DNA of 64,000 nucleotides from Candidatus Levyibacteriota bacterium (GTDB lineage Bacteria; Patescibacteriota; Microgenomatia; Levybacterales; UBA12049): NCBI GenBank assembly GCA_038254115.1, contig JBBSGK010000003.1, positions 9,624 to 73,623 of the forward strand, read 5' to 3'. Shown piece by piece: positions 45,700 to 53,466 of this stretch (position 1 is its first letter; each line of letters starts with the position of its first letter). The notes under the pieces were generated by a model. It saw only the letters and a program-made list of their open reading frames with translations, ran no database searches and was not told where the DNA came from. The position numbers and the translations under genes were made by a program.

Positions 45700-46304
45700 A
45701 GGTTTATCATAAATATATGAATAACATATTACAAAAACTTAAAAATCCTTATATTTTACTGGGGTTGGGCATAGGAATATTTTTGGTTTTCTTCTTCTTC
45801 GCTCTCATTTCGACCCAGCCTGTGCAACCAAAAAACGGCCAAATCCCAATAAATCAAACCGCACCCGGATCTTCTAAAACAACAAATGAGATTTTACCCA
45901 AAGAAGACTATTATGGCGATTATGGCCCTTCCGGCTTACAGGGGGGGCAAAAAGTAGAAGATCTCGCAGGCGGAACTAAAAAGTATACGTCTTCCTCTTC
46001 AAATCCTGCACGGACAAATTTAATTATTGCAAAAGATAATAGAACTATTTATCAGAGATCCATTCCTCTGAAAGGTGCTGATATTCCACTGCAAAATTTT
46101 ATTGGGCTTTTTGGTCAAGCGGACAAAATAATTGACGGGCCTGATTTTTATGGTATTGGTGTTACAAGTGAGTATATTTATGCCCGGATAGGAATCGCCA
46201 TAGTTGTGGATAATCAGAGCAAGCAGGTTGTTGAACAACACTTTTTCAAACCTACAACTGTGGATGAGTACATTAAAAACTATGGCAATGATAGTTTTCA
46301 CTGA
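45693..46304 (+). CDS. secreted protein carrying one copy of a novel about 50-aa FYG...YIY...KP..EDY.K.YG.D repeat domain
   Basis: N-terminal TM/signal; GPDFYGIGVTSEYIYARIGIAIVVDNQSKQVVEQHFFKPTTVDEYIKNYGND matches two repeats in the 47593 gene. Confidence 0.45.
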   Translation: MLKVYHKYMNNILQKLKNPYILLGLGIGIFLVFFFFALISTQPVQPKNGQIPINQTAPGSSKTTNEILPKEDYYGDYGPSGLQGGQKVEDLAGGTKKYTSSSSNPARTNLIIAKDNRTIYQRSIPLKGADIPLQNFIGLFGQADKIIDGPDFYGIGVTSEYIYARIGIAIVVDNQSKQVVEQHFFKPTTVDEYIKNYGNDSFH

Positions 46305-46310
46305 ATAAAT

Positions 46311-47591
46311 ATGTTTTTTACTTTTATTTTCTCGCTTTTCCTGGCATTATCTGCGCTTTTTACCGCTCCTTCTCTTGGGTATTTTAACGCAAATGCTATT
46401 GACTTAGTTTTCCCTTTAAAAGCTGACAAATCTGTAGTACTTGCAGGCTCATCTGCTAATGGGGAGAATGCCGTCTGGTGTCATGAAAGCCAATCTAATT
46501 GTCATCATGATTATAATGCTGCTGATATTTTCGCCGTAACCGGTACAACTGTTGTTGCTGCTGTGTCTGGTAAAATAACACAGGCTCATCAAACAAGCTC
46601 TGTTGGTTACACTGTGCATATTTTAGGTGATGATGGGACAATTTATTATCATGCACACATGGGGGGAATAAAAGTATCTATCGGACAAAATGTAAAGCCC
46701 GGCGATGAGATAGGAGCGGTGGGAACATCTGCGGACGCGTCGGGGACACAGCCCCACCTTCATTTCGATATGATCCCAAATAGCTCAGAATTCAATGGAC
46801 TAAGACCTAACTGCAGCGATGCTGCTTGCCAGCAATACCCCTTCATCAATCCCCAACCCCAATTAATAGCTGCTTTTAATGGGGGCACCCTGGGTGGACC
46901 TGGTGGTGGTGGAGCTCTCAAGAGCAATTGTGTTATCACAAAAATCGGCAACCCTCCAAATCCACCCGTGGTCCCCCCAGAATGCCCGGCAGCAAGTGGC
47001 GGAGGTGGGGTCGGTGGCGATGGAACGCCAGGTCAACCAGGACCGAAGCCCCCTGACTATCCCCCTGACTTACGTCAAGCAATTATTAATAAATTTGGTA
47101 TTACAATGAATGGATTCGATGATGAACACCTTCGTTGGGCGTGGGAAAAATTTTGGGATATATCGGGTAGTAAATTTACCAGCTACGTGCAAGGCGCCAT
47201 AGTTGATGCTCAACCCGGCCAAGGCACATCAAGACAAGTAGGTTGTCCGCCTAGCCCCACAGTTCAAATAAGTCAGTATTCAACTGACTATGTGTTTAAA
47301 TTTTTGATTACCCATGAGCTTGGGCATGCAATCCAAATTTGCCATCCTCGTGACCAGGTAAAATATAACGAGCATGAAAATGCACGGGCAACTGAAGGAG
47401 GAGTGAGCAGATATGGGGAGACTTTACTAAATGAGGATTATGCGGATACAATGGCATATGCTGTAAACCCTACAGAAACAATGTCTTCCAATGGTGGGCC
47501 TAATATTGCTGTACATCCTTTTTTTCCCGCTCCTGCACCCAAGCCTTTACATTATAATAATGTAGTGTTACCTGTGTTATTTAATAAATAA
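46311..47591 (+). CDS. secreted M23 (LytM/lysostaphin-type) peptidase fused to a C-terminal HExxH zinc-metalloprotease-like domain
   Basis: signal peptide; M23 motifs CHHDYNAADIFA (HxxxD) and PHLHFDM (HxH); C-terminal ITHELGHAIQICH (HExxH). Confidence 0.7.
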   Translation: MFFTFIFSLFLALSALFTAPSLGYFNANAIDLVFPLKADKSVVLAGSSANGENAVWCHESQSNCHHDYNAADIFAVTGTTVVAAVSGKITQAHQTSSVGYTVHILGDDGTIYYHAHMGGIKVSIGQNVKPGDEIGAVGTSADASGTQPHLHFDMIPNSSEFNGLRPNCSDAACQQYPFINPQPQLIAAFNGGTLGGPGGGGALKSNCVITKIGNPPNPPVVPPECPAASGGGGVGGDGTPGQPGPKPPDYPPDLRQAIINKFGITMNGFDDEHLRWAWEKFWDISGSKFTSYVQGAIVDAQPGQGTSRQVGCPPSPTVQISQYSTDYVFKFLITHELGHAIQICHPRDQVKYNEHENARATEGGVSRYGETLLNEDYADTMAYAVNPTETMSSNGGPNIAVHPFFPAPAPKPLHYNNVVLPVLFNK

Positions 47592-47592
47592 A

Positions 47593-48648
47593 ATGTTTTT
47601 ATTAGAATTAATTAAAAAACATAAAATAATTGCTGGAATTTCTTTACTGATGTTTATTATTGTGGGCATGATAATTTTTAATATTTTTAATATAAAACGT
47701 TCTGATTCTCCTGCTAATCCGGATTTAGGCATCTCAAAATTCTTACCTAGCAGCAACCAGAATAATACTTTTTCTTCATTACAAAAAACTGTTCCTGGAA
47801 AAACAACTGTTCAAGATGTGGAAAGAACTGTTCCAAGAATTCTGAAGAAGGATGTACTTCCTGGAGGGGGGGTGCAATACTCTTTTCAGTCTGAATTGAT
47901 TTCAAGGCCTAATCAAATACAAACAAAAAATGGTGTTGCGGTATTTGAAAAGGAACTAATCCCAGAAAATCCGTCCGCAAGAGGTTATGTGTTAATTTCT
48001 ACATATATTAATTCTTTAGGTAAACCGGAAAAAATAATTAAAGGTTCTAATTTTTATGGATGGTCTATAAATACTTATGTTTATCCCAATAAAGGCTTCG
48101 CATTCATAGGAAATCCCAATACAGATGAGGTGTTAGAAATACATATTTTTAAACCTCTTTCTGTGGAGGATTATGTAAAAATGTATGGTGAAGATATAAA
48201 TCAAAATCTTCAGCTTCATAATGATGATCCAATCTCCAATATTTACGATGTAGGAAGTATTATTAAAACTGAAAACTTTCGTGGAGTTCAAAAAAGAGAA
48301 GTGTTAAAAGATGGTCGTGTGAAATATGTAGTTGAATCTATTAATCCTGCTCGGCCTGATATATTTATTACAGATAAATCTGGTATTGTGGTATATAAAA
48401 GAACTATAGCTCCAAATAGTTCTGTTTCTTTGACTGAATTTGTAAAACTTTATGGTCAAGCTAAATGGATTTTTAAAGGTTCTGTATTTTATGGAGTTAA
48501 TTCTGTTATGTATATTTACGCAGATCGAGGATTTGCTTTTGTTGCCAGTTCCCAAAGTAACGTTATTCAAGAAAATATATCATTTATACCGATGAGAATT
48601 GAGGATTATGTAAATAAATATGGGGATGATATACCCACTCAGCCCTGA
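47593..48648 (+). CDS. secreted protein with two copies of the FYG-YIY-GFAF repeat domain
   Basis: signal anchor; repeats GSNFYGWSINTYVYPNKGFAFIGNPNTDEVLEIHIFKPLSVEDYVKMYGED and GSVFYGVNSVMYIYADRGFAFVASSQSNVIQENISFIPMRIEDYVNKYGDD. Confidence 0.45.
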   Translation: MFLLELIKKHKIIAGISLLMFIIVGMIIFNIFNIKRSDSPANPDLGISKFLPSSNQNNTFSSLQKTVPGKTTVQDVERTVPRILKKDVLPGGGVQYSFQSELISRPNQIQTKNGVAVFEKELIPENPSARGYVLISTYINSLGKPEKIIKGSNFYGWSINTYVYPNKGFAFIGNPNTDEVLEIHIFKPLSVEDYVKMYGEDINQNLQLHNDDPISNIYDVGSIIKTENFRGVQKREVLKDGRVKYVVESINPARPDIFITDKSGIVVYKRTIAPNSSVSLTEFVKLYGQAKWIFKGSVFYGVNSVMYIYADRGFAFVASSQSNVIQENISFIPMRIEDYVNKYGDDIPTQP

Positions 48649-49748
48649 ACTCTAACTGGCATTATCAGATGAAGATAGGAAGTATCGTCTTTTATCTTAA
48701 AAACTCCAGGATTTAGCGGGCCTGTCATTTCAAATTGTATTTCTTTCTCGCTCAGCCCACCCAATACATCATGAAGATAGTGAGCGTTGAATGCTATTTC
48801 ATTCTCTTCTCCTTTTAGATCTGCTTCGACTGTCACAGTGTTTTCACCTATTGATGGGGATTGGGAAGAGACTATAATTTGATTTTTTTGGAGTGTGAGT
48901 TTAATTATATTTGCAGTGTCCCTCGCAAAAATAGAGCATATTTTAACAGCTTTTTGCATCTCTTCCCGGTCAAAAAATATTTGTGTTGAATAGTCGGTTG
49001 GGATTATTTTTTCATAACTTGGAAAAGCTCCTTCTATGAGACGGCCTACAAGAAGTGTTTCTCCCTGATTAAGAATAACCTGACTACTTTCTTTAGACGC
49101 ATAAATGTCTATTTCTGTGCTTTCTTCTTTTATAGATAATAGTTCTCTAAAGACCCGCGCCGGGATTATAAGTGAATTTATTGTTTTAGACATTCCACCT
49201 TTCGATTTATGATGTTTTAGGGAAAGTCTATAACCATCTGTTGCTACAAGAAGAAAACCTTCTTCTTCATTCTTTATTAGAATTCCCGAAAGAGCGGGTC
49301 TTGTTGTGTCGTTACTTGCTGCAAAGATGATTGATGCAAAATCTTTCTTCATACTTTCTTCGTTTAATGTTGCTATTTTCTCCCCTTTTTCTTTATATAA
49401 TTTAGGAAATTCGTCTCCTTTTATTGTTTGAAACACACTTTTTGTTCTCTTGCTTAAGACATGGAGTGTTTCACCTTCTGTTTGTAGTTTTATATTTTCT
49501 TCTGATATAGAATTTATTAGTTCTACAAATGTTTTTGCGGGTATTGTTACTACACCTTTTTCTTCTATTTCAGCTTGTATAAAAACTTCTATTCCTATTT
49601 CTAAATCAGTACTGCTTATTTTTAATTTATTATCTTGTGTTTCCAGCAAAACATTAAGGAGTATCGGTATTTGGCTTTTTGATGATATTGCGTGGTTGAT
49701 AAATGATAATTTGTTTTGTAGATTGGTAGTTAATATACTTACCTTCAT
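48639..49748 (-). CDS. dnaN: DNA polymerase III beta subunit (sliding clamp)
   Basis: 369 aa, three-domain clamp layout, MKVSILTTNLQNKLSFINHAISSKSQIPILLNVLLE N-terminus; adjacent to dnaA. Confidence 0.9.
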   Translation of the reverse strand: MKVSILTTNLQNKLSFINHAISSKSQIPILLNVLLETQDNKLKISSTDLEIGIEVFIQAEIEEKGVVTIPAKTFVELINSISEENIKLQTEGETLHVLSKRTKSVFQTIKGDEFPKLYKEKGEKIATLNEESMKKDFASIIFAASNDTTRPALSGILIKNEEEGFLLVATDGYRLSLKHHKSKGGMSKTINSLIIPARVFRELLSIKEESTEIDIYASKESSQVILNQGETLLVGRLIEGAFPSYEKIIPTDYSTQIFFDREEMQKAVKICSIFARDTANIIKLTLQKNQIIVSSQSPSIGENTVTVEADLKGEENEIAFNAHYLHDVLGGLSEKEIQFEMTGPLNPGVFKIKDDTSYLHLIMPVRVQG

Positions 49749-49829
49749 ATATATGTTTTAGTTGTTGTAGTAGTGTATCTGGAAAAGTGGAAAAAAGCAA
49801 TAATAAGATAAATTACAGGCATTATAAAA

Positions 49830-49838
49830 TGTGGATAA
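49830..49838. promoter_or_regulatory. perfect DnaA box (TGTGGATAA = TTATCCACA) in the dnaA-dnaN spacer next to an AT-rich unwinding-like stretch
   Basis: exact 9-mer; the DnaA-box consensus TTATCCACA; followed by TTAATAATATTTAAAATTTTAATTATCATAAA. Confidence 0.5.
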
Positions 49839-49898
49839 CTAGTTGAAAAAAAAGAGTATATGTTGTTAATAATATTTAAAATTTTAATTATCATAAAC

Positions 49899-51263
49899 TT
49901 ATCCCCTGAATAATTTGGTAATTCCCATGATGTCCCCCATCACAGAATCTTTGTTTTCCACACTTTTTTCTATTTTTTCCACACCATGCATAATTGTCGT
50001 ATGATCCCTACCTCCCAAAAGCCCACCTATATCTTTAAGAGTCAATTTCAAATCATTTTTTAAAATATACATTGTCACATGGCGCGCCTTAACAAGCGCA
50101 GCGTCCCTTTTGGGGCCTTTTAATTGTGTAGTTTTTATTCTGTAATACTCACAAACAAAATTAATCACATCGTCCGGATGAACATGGGTACTCCTCTCGC
50201 CACTCATAACTTTAAATGTGCTTTGGGCCAAATCCAGATCTATCTCCTTATTGGTAGTTGTTGCCTGGGTGATGACGCGTAGAAGCAAGCCCTCAAGCGA
50301 TCTGGTGTCCAGGGCGTTGTCAGCAAGGAGCTTGGCGACATCAATTGGGATTTCATATCCAAATTTTTTTCCTTTAATCAAAGCTATTGCTGTTTTGAGC
50401 TCAAAATCCGGAATTTCAACGTCCACTGCGAGTCCCCCGGCAAATCTTGAAGATAACCTTTTTTCAAGCTTTTTAATTTCCCGAGGAGGCCTATCAGAGG
50501 AGAGAACAATTTGTGATCCTGAATCTATCAAGATATTGAAAGTATGAAAAAGTTCTTCCTGAACCTTCTCTTTCCCCTCTATAAACTGAATATCATCAAT
50601 CAGAAGAAGTTGAGCAGAGCGGAATCGCCTTTTCATCTTAGCTGTATCATTGTGTCTGATGGCCTCAACAACCTCATTTGTAAATTCCTCACTAGTAATA
50701 TAAATTATCTTCAGATTAGGTTTTTTAATATACGCCTCATTTGCAATTGCATGCATAAGATGGGTCTTGCCTACCCCGACAGGACCATAGATAAAAAGAG
50801 GGTTGTACGATTTACCAAGATCTTTTGCAACGGTTGTCGATGAGACAAAAGCCAACTGGTTACTGCCGGATACCGCGAAATTACCAAATGTATAATCCGC
50901 CCTGACTCTTGGCAAATGCCCCGCAAATGGGAGATTGGTTGTTATCTGATCGGCGCTTTCTGTAAACAACGGAGAGCCATGTTCAAGCATTTTCTTTTGA
51001 CTCTTTTTGGTTGTTTGGGGAACAAATATAAGCGACAAGCTCTTTTTTTTTGTGTTTTTTGAAAGAGCATCTTTTATATCTCCTATAAAGCGTTGCTGAA
51101 GCATATTAATAATAATTGGAGATGGAGCAGCGATGGTCGCGACACTTCCCTCCAAAGAAAGTAATTCCGTCGGATTAAGAAGCGTTGCAAAGTTTCCTTT
51201 TGAGATCTTAGGTTTTATGTCCTCTAGCACCTTGTTCCAGAGTAGGGTTAAATCTTTTTCCAT
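49899..51263 (-). CDS. dnaA: chromosomal replication initiator DnaA
   Basis: AAA+ Walker A GPVGVGKTHL, Walker B LLIDDIQF, C-terminal DNA-binding domain (ALVKARHVTMYILKNDLKLTLKDIG). Confidence 0.95.
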   Translation of the reverse strand: MEKDLTLLWNKVLEDIKPKISKGNFATLLNPTELLSLEGSVATIAAPSPIIINMLQQRFIGDIKDALSKNTKKKSLSLIFVPQTTKKSQKKMLEHGSPLFTESADQITTNLPFAGHLPRVRADYTFGNFAVSGSNQLAFVSSTTVAKDLGKSYNPLFIYGPVGVGKTHLMHAIANEAYIKKPNLKIIYITSEEFTNEVVEAIRHNDTAKMKRRFRSAQLLLIDDIQFIEGKEKVQEELFHTFNILIDSGSQIVLSSDRPPREIKKLEKRLSSRFAGGLAVDVEIPDFELKTAIALIKGKKFGYEIPIDVAKLLADNALDTRSLEGLLLRVITQATTTNKEIDLDLAQSTFKVMSGERSTHVHPDDVINFVCEYYRIKTTQLKGPKRDAALVKARHVTMYILKNDLKLTLKDIGGLLGGRDHTTIMHGVEKIEKSVENKDSVMGDIMGITKLFRG

Positions 51264-51295
51264 ATGAGCCGGGGCGAGGGTTATTAGTGTAATTA

Positions 51296-51304
51296 TGTGG
51301 ATAA
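51296..51304. promoter_or_regulatory. perfect DnaA box (TGTGGATAA) in the dnaA/rpmH divergent region (candidate oriC / dnaA autoregulation site)
   Basis: exact 9-mer 33 nt upstream of the dnaA start. Confidence 0.5.
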
Positions 51305-51322
51305 CTCTTTGTCAAGTGGCAA

Positions 51323-51351
51323 TTGTTAATTTTAGGCTAGCGTGCTATAAT
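51323..51351 (+). promoter_or_regulatory. sigma70-like promoter for rpmH-rnpA (TTGTTA-N17-TATAAT)
   Basis: TTGTTA 51323-51328, TATAAT 51346-51351, 17-nt spacer, about 17 nt before the rpmH ATG. Confidence 0.5.
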
Positions 51352-51368
51352 CATAAGCAATGGAAAGA

Positions 51369-51494
51369 ATGACGAAGCTCAAAAAGGTGAAGAGAAAAAG
51401 AAAGCATGGATTCCTGGTCCTTATGAAAAGTCACGGCGGACAAAAAGTGCTGAAACGAAGACGTGCGGCAGGAAGAGCTCGATTAGCTGTTTAA
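51369..51494 (+). CDS. rpmH: 50S ribosomal protein L34
   Basis: Not in ORF track (below its size cutoff); hand-translated MTKLKKVKRKRKHGFLVLMKSHGGQKVLKRRRAAGRARLAV, typical L34, immediately upstream of rnpA. Confidence 0.85.
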   Translation: MTKLKKVKRKRKHGFLVLMKSHGGQKVLKRRRAAGRARLAV

Positions 51495-51505
51495 TCCCCA
51501 TTTCC

Positions 51506-51835
51506 ATGTTAAAGAAGCAATATCGATTACCCGCATCGCAGAAACTCCAACAAGCCAAGTTTTTTAAAACCCCAACTTTTACCCTTAAAATCTCAGGGAA
51601 TAATCTGGAGCAAAACCGCTTCGGTTTTATTGTAAAAAAAACTGTTGATAAACGCGCTGTTGTCAGAAATAGGGTTAAGAGAGTTTTCCGATCCTGCATT
51701 GAGGAGATGCTGGAAAATATAAAAAAAGGGCAGGACATGCTTTTTGTCCTGGAAAAAGGTATAATAGACAGAAAGAGAGACTTAGTTTTTAAAGACATAC
51801 AGACTCTACTTTTGGAAAAAGGACTTCTGAAATGA
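51506..51835 (+). CDS. rnpA: ribonuclease P protein component
   Basis: 109 aa basic protein, RLPASQKL...RFGFIVKKTVDKRAVVRNRVKR; conserved position after rpmH. Confidence 0.85.
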   Translation: MLKKQYRLPASQKLQQAKFFKTPTFTLKISGNNLEQNRFGFIVKKTVDKRAVVRNRVKRVFRSCIEEMLENIKKGQDMLFVLEKGIIDRKRDLVFKDIQTLLLEKGLLK

Positions 51836-52047
51836 AATTTATCCTGTTAGCAATTGTTAAAATATATCAATTATTCATATCCCCTATTTTGCTGCAATTG
51901 TTTGGTGCCCACTGCCGGTATGAAAAAACATGCTCTGAATATGCGAGGGAAGCAATTGAAAAAAACGGGGCAGTAAAAGGCGGATACATTGCGTTTAGAA
52001 GATTACTATCGTGTCATCCATTTAGTCATAGATATGAATATTCTTAA
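51832..52047 (+). CDS. yidD: membrane protein insertion efficiency factor YidD
   Basis: YQLFISPILLQLFGAHCRYEKTCSEYAREAI...CHPF matches the YidD family (CR.xP.CS.Y). Confidence 0.85.
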   Translation: MKFILLAIVKIYQLFISPILLQLFGAHCRYEKTCSEYAREAIEKNGAVKGGYIAFRRLLSCHPFSHRYEYS

Positions 52048-52858
52048 TATCCTAATCGAACAGCCAATCATTAATATTTTAGTCGCCTTTTATCATGGCT
52101 TAATTTACCTGCATATTCCATATGCCCTGGGTTTTGCAATCGTTGCTTTGACAGTCTTCATAAGACTTCTTATGTATCCGCTTACTGCATCTCAAATGAA
52201 AATGCAGAAAAAGATGCAGGACATTGCGCCTCACCTTTCAAAAATAAAAGAAAAACACAAAGGCGATATGAAGAGTCAGCAGGCAGCAACCATGGAGCTT
52301 TACAAAGAGCATAATCTCAACCCAATGGCGGGATGTCTGCCAAGCGTTGTGCAAATTGTAATCTTGCTTTTTGGATTATATCCCGCATTGAGAAAAGTTA
52401 TAGAGGTTAACCCCAAGCAAATTGTCATGGTGATAAATAAGCTCGTTTATTTACCTTCTCTCAAATTGACCCAAGCATGGGACACACATTTTTTTGGGAT
52501 AGAGCTTGCCAAAAATCCTGCCCATCTTATAAAAACTGTGGGTCCGCTTATCCTTTTAATTCCAATAATAACCGGCCTACTCCAATTTATCCAATCAAAA
52601 ATGATGGTACCGGCAACTTCCCCTGTAAACACAAATCTGCCTGCAGTTAAAGATGAAAAAAAGGAGGATTTTGCCGCGTCGTTTCAAAAGCAATCAACGT
52701 ATCTCCTGCCTGTAATGATCGGGTTTTTTGCATGGCAATTTTCAATCGGGCTTTCCTTGTACTGGAATACTTTCTCTCTTTTTGGTATCATACAGCAATA
52801 CAGAATGAGCGGTTGGGGTGGGCTCAGTAAATACTTTGACAACCCGAAAAATAAATAA
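52034..52858 (+). CDS. yidC: membrane protein insertase YidC/Oxa1 (short form)
   Basis: MYPLTASQMKMQKKMQDIAPHLSKIKEKHKGDMKSQQAATMELYKEHNLNPMAGCLPSVVQIVILLFGLY conserved 60-kDa-IMP core; start trimmed to ATG 52034. Confidence 0.85.
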   Translation: MNILNILIEQPIINILVAFYHGLIYLHIPYALGFAIVALTVFIRLLMYPLTASQMKMQKKMQDIAPHLSKIKEKHKGDMKSQQAATMELYKEHNLNPMAGCLPSVVQIVILLFGLYPALRKVIEVNPKQIVMVINKLVYLPSLKLTQAWDTHFFGIELAKNPAHLIKTVGPLILLIPIITGLLQFIQSKMMVPATSPVNTNLPAVKDEKKEDFAASFQKQSTYLLPVMIGFFAWQFSIGLSLYWNTFSLFGIIQQYRMSGWGGLSKYFDNPKNK

Positions 52859-52869
52859 TTTTAAAAACT

Positions 52870-53343
52870 ATGGAAGAAAAAGTAAAATTGACAGCCAAAG
52901 AACAAAAGGAAGTTGAAAAGATTGTTGAAAAGCTATTTTCCCTTCTTGAAATAGAGGGAACGTTTGAGGTAACCGTAGGAGACGGAGTTTTGGATATCCT
53001 GATGGACACAAAAGATTCAGGAATGGTTATCGGATATCATGGGGAGATACTCGAGTCTCTGCAGTTGATAACGTCTCTTCTTGTTGCCAAAAAACTGGAT
53101 AGGTTTATCCGGATTTCAATTGAAGTTGACGGATATAAAAAAACAAGGACAGAATATCTTCAAAAGCTTGCGCAAGACGCAAGAGCGCGCGCAATAACTG
53201 ACAATCAAGAGCAGGTAATTACAGATTTGAAGTCATGGGAGAGACGAATTGTACATCTAATACTTCAGGATGACGATGAGGTCTCCTCGGAATCTGCAGG
53301 AACCGGACGGGAAAGAGTTCTTATTATTAAGCCGAAGTCCTAA
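52870..53343 (+). CDS. jag: Jag/KhpB-like KH + R3H RNA-binding protein
   Basis: KH-like GMVIGYHGEILESLQ and R3H-like C-terminus (ERRIVHLILQ); conserved position after yidC. Confidence 0.8.
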   Translation: MEEKVKLTAKEQKEVEKIVEKLFSLLEIEGTFEVTVGDGVLDILMDTKDSGMVIGYHGEILESLQLITSLLVAKKLDRFIRISIEVDGYKKTRTEYLQKLAQDARARAITDNQEQVITDLKSWERRIVHLILQDDDEVSSESAGTGRERVLIIKPKS

Positions 53344-53435
53344 TAGAATTTTCAATTTGAAGTTTTCAATTTTTCAGTGAATTTTAAACATTTAGTTTTC
53401 ATTTCAAATTTTAAATTAAAAATTAAAAATTACAC
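53344..53435. repeat. heptamer array (TTTCAAT TTGAAGT TTTCAAT ... AAATTAA AAATTAA AAATTAC) downstream of jag; it creates the spurious N-terminal ORF extension of the next gene
   Basis: 7-nt periodicity. Confidence 0.6.
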
Positions 53436-53466
53436 AGCCTCAATTACTAATTCCAAATTAAGGTTT

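Noticed and set aside
51421-51798. 125-aa minus-strand ORF
   Set aside because: Antisense to rpmH/rnpA, which are strongly supported.
53377-53466. ORF-track N-terminal extension of the O-antigen-ligase-like gene
   Set aside because: Encoded entirely by the intergenic heptamer array (FKLKIKNY...); the real start is more likely ATG 53467 (MEHLLFYLL...).
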